DNA from: Candidatus Omnitrophota bacterium
GTDB lineage: Bacteria > Omnitrophota > Gorgyraeia > Tantalellales > Tantalellaceae
Direction of reading: 5' to 3'
Assembly (NCBI GenBank): GCA_015231405.1
Contig: JADGBR010000017.1
Span: 1,651 to 65,482 of the forward strand
Length of the DNA: 63,832 bases
This document shows positions 34,262-42,978 of the stretch, one piece after another. Under the pieces are notes generated by a model. That model saw nothing but the letters and a program-made list of their open reading frames with translations. It did no database searches and had not been told where the DNA came from. The position numbers were made by a program, and so were the translations under genes. Positions within the stretch are counted from its first letter, which is position 1, and every line of letters begins with the position of its first letter.

Positions 34262-37200
34262 GCGGCGACCATGGTCCGGAGCGATTGGAGGTATTCCTGA
34301 TAACGTTCTTCCATATCCAGCGATATCTTCCTTACCGCGGGCAGGATGACCAGCCACCCCTCGCTCCCGGCCTTCTCCCGGACATCCATCGCCAGCCTTA
34401 AAGCCATGGCGAAAGAATATATCGCCTTTTCCATGCCGAAAACGACGACGGGCACTTCCATTTTGCGTGAAAGTCCGGCAAGCCTTTCCGGGTCTTTTGT
34501 GGCGCCCTTAAAAACGCCCAGGATCTCACGGGCGCCGCGGGCCCTGGATATTTTTATGAGCGCCCTGACAAGCTCCGTCTCGGAACTTATCTCCTTCCTC
34601 ATCGATACGTCGGAGCTAAGGATCACGACCGTCTCGAACGTAGTTCCGGCGGTCTTTATCATCTTCTCCAATAGGAGCGCGTTCTCGGGGACTTCGGCGT
34701 AAATGACTATTTTTCCGTTACGGAAAATATTATTCTTCTTCGATATAATCTTCATAACGGGCCCGATATCCGTCATAAAAGCGTTATTCACTATATCGTC
34801 CGCGAAAAGTATCATGCTCTCGCCGTCGGACTCATACCCGGATATCTTCTTCTTAACGGAAGATGCTTCCGCGGAATATATGCCTTTCGCGTCCGAGCCC
34901 AGATCCTTGCCTGCTTTACCGAACCCGCCGAAAGCCTCGTCCAAAGCCGCGTCATCATCCGGATACCACGATACCGCGCTCTCATTTTCCGCCGCGATCA
35001 GTGATCCTTCCTGCCCCTGCTGGTCCCTGGCCTGGACGAAAATGACATCCAAAGTTTTATCTGCTCTTCCGACCAGACACCCTTCGATATCCTGCGCCAT
35101 CCCGAGGTCCTTTTCAATATCCAGGGCATATCCCATTATCCGCCTGAGTATCCCGTCAACCGAGCCGTCTTCGGCATCGAATATATCGTTCGAATAGTCC
35201 GCTTCCTTCTCGACGAGCCTCCTTCCCTCGACCACTATCTTAAGGTCCTTGTTGGCGAAAGCGAGCCTTCTGATCTCTTTGGTCAGCCTATTCACCGCGA
35301 ACCTGTGGGGCAGGCCTTCGTATCGCGTTTTGCCGCTCACGAGCGTCTCGCCCTGCCCCTGGACAAGTTCTATTATCATCTCTTCGTTATCAGAAGCCGA
35401 GGGGTCCCTCGTATGAACGACAAAACCGTAATCGGCGGGTATCAGTTCATGCACAAGGACCGCCATCCTCACGGAATCGTGGTCTATATTGTTCGCTTCG
35501 CGGTCATAAAAAGCCCTGGGATTCCAAACCGACGCCCAGACCGCTTTTACGTATTTATCGATATCGTCCAGATCTGTCGGGTCGATCATCCCGTACGAAT
35601 CGTATAATCCCGCCCCGGCATAACCGAAAAGGTCCTCGGCGTTGGTCGAAGACCTGAAAAAGACAGGTTTATCCCCTACCTCGCGCCTTATGGCCTCGCT
35701 TATGTCTTTAAGCGTCTCCCTCGGGATCGTGAGCCCTTTTATCTTCCGCTGAACAAGCCTTAAAAGGATGGGAATATCCTTTTCCCCTGCGGTTCTCAGT
35801 CTCGAAGAAAGACCGCGTATCATCCCCGCCGAACGTTTATTCTCGAAAACACCGAGGATCTTTTCATAGAACCCGAAACCGAGCGCGAGATGTTTGGACA
35901 TCTTATCCCCGCGCGTTATCTCTCCCAGCCTCATCGCCTTATTTCCGACATTACCCGGGCGGTAATCTCCGGGCAAAATTATCCCGCCGTTCGACAGGTC
36001 CGGATCGGGTATCTCAACATAATCTTTCCACTGTATTTTTGTCTCGGCTCCGCCGGACTCGTCACCCTCGGGAACGACCACGAGCTTATTCCCGGCGATA
36101 TCCGCCTCGATATTTTTACCCTGGTACTCCTCAATGATCTCATCCATGACCCTCTCGTCAGGGCATACGGCGAAAGGAACGCCGTACTGCCTGGCCCTTA
36201 TGGCGGGGTGGGATAAAAGGCTGTCTTCCGAGAACACGATTATACCGCCCACGTCCTTGAGAGGAGGACTATCGGCCGGGATATTATCCGCGACGATTAT
36301 ATCGCCCTTCCCGCACATGGCAAGTTCGGCGGGGTCTTTTATCATTTTGAATTTTCCGCGCATTTTCCCGGGGACTACCACCTGCCACATAGAGATATTA
36401 CCCTTCTCCATGACCTTACGTTTTATGTCCTTTAGCGCGAGCGCGAAAAGATAGATGTTGTCCGAACGGAAAATATTCGACGAGAAATTCTCGACCCAAA
36501 TTTTGTCGTCCTCGGAGACATTGATACCCACAGCTGTATGTTCCGCGAGTTCCTGATATCTCCGGACGCCGTGCATGGCTTTCAGGTTAATGTAACGTTC
36601 CATGCGTTTAATGATAGAGTACAACTTCCCGAGGTCCGTTCCCTTTCCGGAAGCCGACATAGCCGCGAGCTCTTTCATCATGTACTCCAAAGCCCCGGGA
36701 TCGTATCCGTTGGCTATGACGTTATTGGAAAGTATCCTTAAAATATCCATGTCCCCGTGTATGTCGTCATAGTTCTTATCCATTCCTGTATACAGCCTAA
36801 AAAAAAGGACCTCGAGAGCGTTAAGAAGCTTCATCCCGGGAAGAGCCGACTGGCCCGGCGAATTGATTATTATTTGTTTCAGCTTGAGCCTGGCCGTGCT
36901 TAAACGGTCAAGGACCTCGATGGAAGGTTTTCCGCCCGCCCGGGAATCGCGGATAGCGCCCTGGATAAACTCCTTCTCTTCGGCCATATTTTCAAGTGAT
37001 CTTGACCACTCGGTGAACATTTCATCGAGTTTATTCTCGTTACCTTCTCCGTAAACTTCCTCAAGAGAGATAAGCAACGGTTCGCAGGCCGCGAGCACTC
37101 TTTCCCTTCGCTCCGGATCTGTTATTCTATCGCTATCGTCGACCGGATAACCCATACGGGACAGCCTCGACTCCAGTGCCGGGTCCGAGCATTCTGCCCG

Positions 37201-40200
37201 GAGCCAGTCCATGAGGACTTTCATCGTCTCAAGCTGCAGCGGCGAAGGCCTGTTATGAATGTCGTTCCGGAGATTTCCTATCAGGCCATCCCTTCTGTCG
37301 CTGCCGCTCCGCGCTATGACCATTTGTCTCGCCTGCTCCCTCATAGTATTCAGGAAATCCTCGTCCCCGAGGGGCATTACTTTCATAAGCTGGCGTTTAG
37401 TCAGAAAACTTATATCGCGTACAGGCAGGAGATTGACTACCGCGTTCCTTATCCGCGGGAGCCTGTCCTCCACGTCCGCCCATGTCCCGAAGCCGACATC
37501 GTCCCCTACCCCCTGGCGGAGGAACCGTAGCGACACTATGATCTTATCGAGAAGCATCTCTCCCAGGACGGGATGGGCGACGGCTTCTTCCACAAAAGCC
37601 TGGACACCGTTCCAGCCGCCGGTGAGCCTCCTGTCCATCTGCTCGCGCACGGCCGGATTTATGTTTACAAGACCGTTCCTCGCCTCGGTAACTACCGCCT
37701 CGATCGAATTTGTCGCCGCTGTGTCCGATGAGTCCGCGAGTCCTCCTTCCCGCTCGGATAAGAAGCCTAAGAAACTGTCGAATTCTCCTTTACGGAGATA
37801 CGCGAAAGCAAGTCTGAACAATTCGCCTATCGCGTCGCTATCGACGCTTTTTGAGGCCATTTCAAATACCGTGTCCAGCGCCATGATGTCGCGCTTCTCG
37901 GCAAGACCGAAAAGGAAACCGAAACCGTAGATCATATCCTCGTCGCTGACCCCGAACCCCCCTCCCAGGCTTTTAAGAAGATCGTAGATCTCCTCGCTCT
38001 TAGTCGCCGGGGTTTTGAGCGCCACCCCCTCGGCTACGTCCAGTATATCGTGTTCCTCCACCGGGTTAACGCCCTTACGCAATCTGTCAACGAGATCGGA
38101 AAGCACCTTTTTGCCCTCGCCGTAAGGGTCGAGCGCCGCCACGGTTATAAGAAATCCCCTGGTCGATTCGGCGATCTGGTTAAACGTCACTTTAAGATAC
38201 GGCAATATCTTTTCGACCAAAGCAGGGGTTATGTAAGACCTGTCATTGGTTATGATGACCGTGAGCGCGTCAATAATATCATTCGTCGATGCGTGCCCTT
38301 CTAAATGCTCGAACATTTTACCTATGATTCTTTCACCGTAAGCTTTATCCGCGCCTTTCACAAATTCGGCGAGAAGAAGCGATACATCCCCGGCCAAGCC
38401 GTATCTCTCCATACCGATAGCCCTTTCCACCAGGTCTTTAAGGTCGGGGGTAAAAAGTTCAGGCCTCGACCGGTAAGCCCCGATATACGCCAGACAAGCC
38501 GCGCCTTTCGTATGCGACGAGCTGTCGACCACGACATCTTCCCTCGGCATATCGTCGTCCAGGAGTTTACGCACTTCGTTTATCATGTCCCTGTCCAATA
38601 GATCTCCCCTTTTCTCGGCCGCTACGCTGAAAACCCGGGCTATATCCTGTTTCTTGAAGGCTTCGCCTTTTTTCATCCCTTCTATCATGTCGAGAAGGTC
38701 GCTCTTTTTCAAATCGCCCGGTTTTTCGACGATATAAGCCTGGCATATTTCCCTGAAACCGAGGTCCGAAACCCTTGACTGCCCTGTGATCAACAGCAAT
38801 TTCAATATTTTATTAAAGAACTTTCTGTCGATGATATCGAAGTTAATATCAAAAGATCCCTCCAAAACATGGTAGACCGATCCGCTCACCCAGATATTCG
38901 GATCGTCGGGAAGATTCCTGTCACCCTTAACATCGAGAGCCGCGGACAATCTCCTTATGACCTCCTCTCTCCTCTCGGGGTACCTCTTAGCGATAAGCGC
39001 TAGGATACGCCCGTAATTTTCCATACTCCTGTAATGTTCGGAATGCAGGGTCGAGAATATTTTTTCAATGATCTTATCGCGGTATTCCGGCTTTTCGGCG
39101 TACAGCCTGACTATCGCGTGGACATTGGCACGGCTATCCATTTTCATCATGAGGGCCCTAAAAAGATTCTTGAATATACCGTCGTCCACCTGGCCTGGAT
39201 CCGCGCCATATATGACGGTATACACTTCCATATCATCCTGTTCATATTTGAGCTCTCCGCCAGATAACGTCATAGTGGAGGCGAGAATATCCATGAATTC
39301 ACGGGCTCTTGCCGGTTTGGCTCCGGCGATCTTCGCTATAGTGTTCTGGACGCGCGTTTTATCTTTACCTATCATCTCGACGTCGTAAAGTTTATCAAGA
39401 ACACGGCTCACCACATTATCACCTATCAGTTCCGGCTTGACCGCGGCTATGTCGCCTATAAGGCCCATGGCCGCGAGGGCCTTGGCTTTATTCACGCTCT
39501 CGAGCATATCGCAAAAAACATTCACCATATTAGGCATTATGAGGTCCGGACGCTTTTTGATTATAAGCGACAGCTTATACGCATATATGCTGAAATCATG
39601 GTCTCCGAGTGACCCCTGTTCGACGAACAATCGGATGAGTTCGTAAACAATGATATGCGGCATCAGGTCCTTTGAGGCGTCGAAGAAAGTCTTGAAGTAG
39701 TCGTATTCCTTCGTTACCTCGTTCCTCAAAAGCTCGAGGTACTCGTCATGCCTGCCGTTTTTAGCCGTAACGGGAATATCGAACTGGACTTCCTCGCCCC
39801 TGGTCGTAAGAAGGCTCCTGACCAATATCTCGCGGGCGTTCCCCGAAAATAACAGATCCGTAAAGAACGTATCACGATAAAACGTTATCACGGGACTTAC
39901 CGCCTCCACGAAGCATTTTTCTTCCGGAGAAAGCTCCGCGTCGAGAATATAACCCTTCCCGTCCCCGGTGAGCGATACTAAACTGATAGCCTCAGCCATC
40001 ATTCGAATGAAGAATATGTCCTTTTTAGAGCGATATTTTCTCGCTTCAGGAATGAAGCGGTAATAAGCCGATATTATTTCGCGCTTTTTCAGCGTTTCGT
40101 CCCTGACGAGAGTATAAATTCCGGACCGCGTTCCGGCGAGATAAGAAAGTGCCATCCGTATCTCTTCGTAGGCCAATTCTTTCATGAGGCGCTTTGGATC

Positions 40201-40476
40201 GCTTCTCAATTGTTCGGACGCCAGGATCTTCCCGTGCCCGTTGAAGAGGATCCCCTTCCCGAAGTATTCCAGTTTCTTCCTGTCAAGTTCGGTATTCTCC
40301 CTGACAAGCCTGGTCTCCTCAAGTTCCTTAAGCCATACTGACCGCTTGAACTCGGGTTCGGCCATGCCGGTCCATGGAGACAGAGTGTCCGCTCCAAGCC
40401 CGAAAGACAATGGTTCGATCAAAAGGGTAAATATAAGTAATGAAGATATTATCTTACGCATTCTTATGGAGCCCAC
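34258..40476 (-). CDS. Giant (2,072 aa) protein: signal/anchor, ~1,200 aa helical-repeat region, PEP-utilizer phospho-His swivel, PPDK_N-type ATP-grasp, and an unknown C-terminal domain
   Basis: The probable start is ATG 40461 (MRKIISSLLIFTLLIEPLSFGLGA). The swivel is GDIIVADNIPADSPPLKDVGGIIVFSEDSLLSHPAIRARQYGVP (His codon 36208-36210). The nucleotide-binding domain has GNKAMRLGE, FFRSSTNAEDLFGYAGAGLYDSY, VWASVWNPRAFYDR, MAVLVHELI, GQGETLVSG and AQDIEG. Confidence 0.85.
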   Translation of the reverse strand: MGSIRMRKIISSLLIFTLLIEPLSFGLGADTLSPWTGMAEPEFKRSVWLKELEETRLVRENTELDRKKLEYFGKGILFNGHGKILASEQLRSDPKRLMKELAYEEIRMALSYLAGTRSGIYTLVRDETLKKREIISAYYRFIPEARKYRSKKDIFFIRMMAEAISLVSLTGDGKGYILDAELSPEEKCFVEAVSPVITFYRDTFFTDLLFSGNAREILVRSLLTTRGEEVQFDIPVTAKNGRHDEYLELLRNEVTKEYDYFKTFFDASKDLMPHIIVYELIRLFVEQGSLGDHDFSIYAYKLSLIIKKRPDLIMPNMVNVFCDMLESVNKAKALAAMGLIGDIAAVKPELIGDNVVSRVLDKLYDVEMIGKDKTRVQNTIAKIAGAKPARAREFMDILASTMTLSGGELKYEQDDMEVYTVIYGADPGQVDDGIFKNLFRALMMKMDSRANVHAIVRLYAEKPEYRDKIIEKIFSTLHSEHYRSMENYGRILALIAKRYPERREEVIRRLSAALDVKGDRNLPDDPNIWVSGSVYHVLEGSFDINFDIIDRKFFNKILKLLLITGQSRVSDLGFREICQAYIVEKPGDLKKSDLLDMIEGMKKGEAFKKQDIARVFSVAAEKRGDLLDRDMINEVRKLLDDDMPREDVVVDSSSHTKGAACLAYIGAYRSRPELFTPDLKDLVERAIGMERYGLAGDVSLLLAEFVKGADKAYGERIIGKMFEHLEGHASTNDIIDALTVIITNDRSYITPALVEKILPYLKVTFNQIAESTRGFLITVAALDPYGEGKKVLSDLVDRLRKGVNPVEEHDILDVAEGVALKTPATKSEEIYDLLKSLGGGFGVSDEDMIYGFGFLFGLAEKRDIMALDTVFEMASKSVDSDAIGELFRLAFAYLRKGEFDSFLGFLSEREGGLADSSDTAATNSIEAVVTEARNGLVNINPAVREQMDRRLTGGWNGVQAFVEEAVAHPVLGEMLLDKIIVSLRFLRQGVGDDVGFGTWADVEDRLPRIRNAVVNLLPVRDISFLTKRQLMKVMPLGDEDFLNTMREQARQMVIARSGSDRRDGLIGNLRNDIHNRPSPLQLETMKVLMDWLRAECSDPALESRLSRMGYPVDDSDRITDPERRERVLAACEPLLISLEEVYGEGNENKLDEMFTEWSRSLENMAEEKEFIQGAIRDSRAGGKPSIEVLDRLSTARLKLKQIIINSPGQSALPGMKLLNALEVLFFRLYTGMDKNYDDIHGDMDILRILSNNVIANGYDPGALEYMMKELAAMSASGKGTDLGKLYSIIKRMERYINLKAMHGVRRYQELAEHTAVGINVSEDDKIWVENFSSNIFRSDNIYLFALALKDIKRKVMEKGNISMWQVVVPGKMRGKFKMIKDPAELAMCGKGDIIVADNIPADSPPLKDVGGIIVFSEDSLLSHPAIRARQYGVPFAVCPDERVMDEIIEEYQGKNIEADIAGNKLVVVPEGDESGGAETKIQWKDYVEIPDPDLSNGGIILPGDYRPGNVGNKAMRLGEITRGDKMSKHLALGFGFYEKILGVFENKRSAGMIRGLSSRLRTAGEKDIPILLRLVQRKIKGLTIPRETLKDISEAIRREVGDKPVFFRSSTNAEDLFGYAGAGLYDSYGMIDPTDLDDIDKYVKAVWASVWNPRAFYDREANNIDHDSVRMAVLVHELIPADYGFVVHTRDPSASDNEEMIIELVQGQGETLVSGKTRYEGLPHRFAVNRLTKEIRRLAFANKDLKIVVEGRRLVEKEADYSNDIFDAEDGSVDGILRRIMGYALDIEKDLGMAQDIEGCLVGRADKTLDVIFVQARDQQGQEGSLIAAENESAVSWYPDDDAALDEAFGGFGKAGKDLGSDAKGIYSAEASSVKKKISGYESDGESMILFADDIVNNAFMTDIGPVMKIISKKNNIFRNGKIVIYAEVPENALLLEKMIKTAGTTFETVVILSSDVSMRKEISSETELVRALIKISRARGAREILGVFKGATKDPERLAGLSRKMEVPVVVFGMEKAIYSFAMALRLAMDVREKAGSEGWLVILPAVRKISLDMEERYQEYLQSLRTMVAA

Positions 40477-40512
40477 CCAATTTTATTGATAATCCAACAA
40501 AAAGATAGCTTT

Positions 40513-40541
40513 ATTTTAGTATAACACAGGATATTTGTAAA
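40513..40541 (-). promoter_or_regulatory. Sigma-70-like promoter for the 2,072-aa ORF
   Basis: Minus strand: TTTACA (40541-40536), 17 nt, TAAAAT (40518-40513), about 40-50 nt upstream of the start codons. Confidence 0.35.
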
Positions 40542-40645
40542 CATTTTTTTTCATAAGGATTCTTGTAGTTGTCCCGAACAGAAAGAACTGGCATAAGAAG
40601 ATGGCCGGAACACCCGAAAAGACTAATTTGGATTTTAATAAAAGG

Positions 40646-40697
40646 AAAAAAGGGGGCCTAATGTCGTAAAAGAGAAACCATTAGACCCCCTTTTTTT
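40646..40697. terminator. Bidirectional rho-independent terminator
   Basis: AAAAA-AGGGGGCCTAATG (40651-40663), loop, CATTAGACCCCCT (40679-40691), then TTTTTTT. It lies directly downstream of the small minus-strand gene 40708..40959. Confidence 0.7.
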
Positions 40698-40707
40698 CAA
40701 CGCATGA

Positions 40708-40959
40708 TCATTTACCGCAAGAACTCGATGACCCGCAAGAACCAGCAGCGCCTTCGCCTTCGGCGGCGGTTCCCTCGCCTTCCGCGGCTGCTTTTTTACC
40801 GGCTTTCGCGCTCGCCGTGTCGGCGGCCTTTTCTCCGCCTTCTCCGGCGCTCGGACCGCAAGCGCCGCATCCCGCGTAAGCGCTAGCGGCCATGAAAACC
40901 GACAAAAAGACCGCGAGGCTTATCCCTGCCAGAACTTTCTTCAATTTGCTCATTTCCAT
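40708..40959 (-). CDS. Small secreted Ala/Gly/Glu-rich peptide with terminal Cys pairs
   Basis: 83 aa. Signal peptide ...AASAYA|GCGACGPSAGEGGEK...AAGSCGSSSSCGK. It has its own terminator. Confidence 0.55.
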   Translation of the reverse strand: MEMSKLKKVLAGISLAVFLSVFMAASAYAGCGACGPSAGEGGEKAADTASAKAGKKAAAEGEGTAAEGEGAAGSCGSSSSCGK

Positions 40960-40976
40960 TCCTTTCCTCCTTTTTT

Positions 40977-41621
40977 TTAACGTCTCCTTACTACTGCTCT
41001 CACCGGCGAGGCTTCGGATCCGGCCAACCTTAGGGGAAGGACTATCAGGTCGTATCTTCCCTCTTTCACGCCGGAAAGGTCAAGCCCTTCGATTATGGGG
41101 ATATTCGCGCTCATAAGGACTTTGTGCGTCCCGCGGCCTTTCGCCGCCTTATCGATCCCGCCTATGGAATAGTAATCGATACCCACGAGCCGGACCTTTT
41201 TCTCCGCCAGATACCTGGCCCCGTCAAGAGTCAAGTATACATAATCTTTTCTAAAATGCCTAATTTTACCGATGATCCCGGAATTAACTGTCTTAAGAAG
41301 CAGCCGCTCCCCTTTCCTTATGGAATGCTTCGCGAGTTCTTCAGGCTTTATCGCTCGTGCATCTTTTATCACTACGACCCTGGACGGGCCTACCATCGAA
41401 CCTATCGGAAGTTTATCCACGGACGGGCCATTCTCCAAAAAATGCAGCGGCGCGTCCAGATGCGTGCCGGTATGGGCGGATAGCTCCAGTTTTGAACCGT
41501 ACACCGTATCCCCTTTACCCATATCCTTGAATAGGGTCCTTTTAAAGACCGGGTCCCCGGGCCAGCCGACCATTCCGTTGAAAACCGGAAGACTTATGTC
41601 TATCCACTCTTTACCCCGCAT
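40977..41621 (-). CDS. Cyclase-family protein / kynurenine formamidase-like
   Basis: 214 aa. WPGDP and HTGTHLDAPLHF (the metal-binding motif of the putative-cyclase family). Confidence 0.8.
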   Translation of the reverse strand: MRGKEWIDISLPVFNGMVGWPGDPVFKRTLFKDMGKGDTVYGSKLELSAHTGTHLDAPLHFLENGPSVDKLPIGSMVGPSRVVVIKDARAIKPEELAKHSIRKGERLLLKTVNSGIIGKIRHFRKDYVYLTLDGARYLAEKKVRLVGIDYYSIGGIDKAAKGRGTHKVLMSANIPIIEGLDLSGVKEGRYDLIVLPLRLAGSEASPVRAVVRRR

Positions 41622-41622
41622 T

Positions 41623-42204
41623 TCAAGCTATCCTTTCGGCTATTTGCTCAACTTCGTCAAGCATATCTGCTCTATGATCCTGGGACACGAAAGGCACCGC
41701 GGAAAAGAACTCATGCCCGATAACTTTCATCCCGCAAAACTCGAAGATCCCGGTATCCATCGTATTGTAAAAACTTTTGAACATTCCCATGGCTTCGTAA
41801 CGTTCCCGGGGAGAGCCTGTTGTGTTCAGGATGAGGACTTTTTTACTTTTCAATAATCCCTCAGGGCCTTTTTCGGTATAAGCGTAAGCGAAGCCTGGGG
41901 TAAATACACGCTCGATATACCCTTTAAGCCTGGCCGGCAGACCCGTCCACCATATGGGATATATGAACGTAATAGTATCCGCCCATACTATATTCTTCTG
42001 TTCTTCCTCGACATCTTTTTCGACCTTTCCCTCTTTCATGAGCATGAGATCCTTACCTTTAAGCACCGGGTCGAGATCCAGCTGGTAAAGGTCCCTGATC
42101 CTGACCTCGTTTTTTCCGTTCTCGAACGTTTCCTTCACTTTCTCGAGAATGGCATGGTTAAAACTCGCCGGGTTCGGATGACAATACACGATAAGATGTT
42201 TCAC
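41623..42204 (-). CDS. NAD(P)H dehydrogenase (quinone), flavodoxin-like fold
   Basis: KHLIVYCHPNPASFNHAILEKV and IYPIWWTGLPARLKGYIERVF. The track start (42327) is unlikely; GTG 42204 is preceded by AAGGAG at a 7-nt spacing. Confidence 0.75.
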   Translation of the reverse strand: MKHLIVYCHPNPASFNHAILEKVKETFENGKNEVRIRDLYQLDLDPVLKGKDLMLMKEGKVEKDVEEEQKNIVWADTITFIYPIWWTGLPARLKGYIERVFTPGFAYAYTEKGPEGLLKSKKVLILNTTGSPRERYEAMGMFKSFYNTMDTGIFEFCGMKVIGHEFFSAVPFVSQDHRADMLDEVEQIAERIA

Positions 42205-42399
42205 GGCTTCGCTCCTTTTTGTAAGGCCTCTAATATCGGCTCTCACTGGTCTTATTCTATCACAGATCCTCTCAAAGCGGGCAAGAAGAAGCCATGCTGG
42301 TGAGGAATCAAAATAGGAATAGTACACCCCGACCCCCGTGTCGGGGTATAATTCCCTTGGTCGGGCTAATTTATGGTAAGATATGAGCAGGAGGTAATT

Positions 42400-42861
42400 A
42401 TGAAATATTTCTTTATTCTAGTCCTTTTATCGTCCCTTATGTTGTCTTCCCCTAACCCTCTAATTTTCGCGGAGGAGAACAAGGTGTCGCTCGAAATGGA
42501 TTTTTCGTGCTACGATAACGCGTCCATCGCCGGGCTCGTCAAATTCTTTTCCGTCAGATCCCCCAGAGAATACAGGGCGGAGATCCTCGTCCTTAACGGG
42601 ACGGGTAAACAGCTCGACTTGAACGATATGAAAGTCTACGCACTGGACGAAAAGGGCTTGAAATATGACATGGAGTTCATACGCGTTGCCCGGAAAAGCT
42701 CGGCCGCGGAGAACCTGGTCGTCGCCCGGGATGATAGCCTAAAACTGGACTACCGCGTCCCCATCGACCCGTCGAGCCGCCAGCTCACCGATGTTATTGC
42801 GGAACTCGCCGACGGCACGAAGATCACCTTTAAGCCCAACCCGAAACTCATGAAACCTTGA
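42400..42861 (+). CDS. Hypothetical secreted protein
   Basis: ATG 42400 is preceded by AGGAGG. MKYFFILVLLSSLMLSSPNPLIFA is a signal-like N-terminus. No recognisable domain. Confidence 0.55.
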   Translation: MKYFFILVLLSSLMLSSPNPLIFAEENKVSLEMDFSCYDNASIAGLVKFFSVRSPREYRAEILVLNGTGKQLDLNDMKVYALDEKGLKYDMEFIRVARKSSAAENLVVARDDSLKLDYRVPIDPSSRQLTDVIAELADGTKITFKPNPKLMKP

Positions 42862-42900
42862 CGCGAACTTACTCCGGATCTCTGTGACTTATTGTTGCGG

Positions 42901-42949
42901 GGATCGCTGCGTCGTTCGCTCCTTCGTCGCTGTCTCCTCGCAATGACAG
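42901..42949. repeat. Partial (right-half) copy of the GTCATTGCGAG-family repeat, copy 5
   Basis: GGATCGCTGCGTCGTTCGCTCCTTCGTCGCTGTCTCCTCGCAATGACAG. Confidence 0.6.
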
Positions 42950-42978
42950 ATAGGCTAATATTCTAATTGCGCCTAAGT

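Noticed and set aside
41623-42327. Track start (ATG 42327) for the NAD(P)H dehydrogenase, and similar longest-ORF starts at 4029, 16670, 40476 and 42373.
   Set aside because: The N-terminal extensions have no homology-like features. Internal starts with good AAGGAG-type RBS (42204, 4008, 42400), with repeat-free sequence (16625) or with a canonical ATG opening the signal peptide (40461, no RBS checked) fit the family N-termini better.
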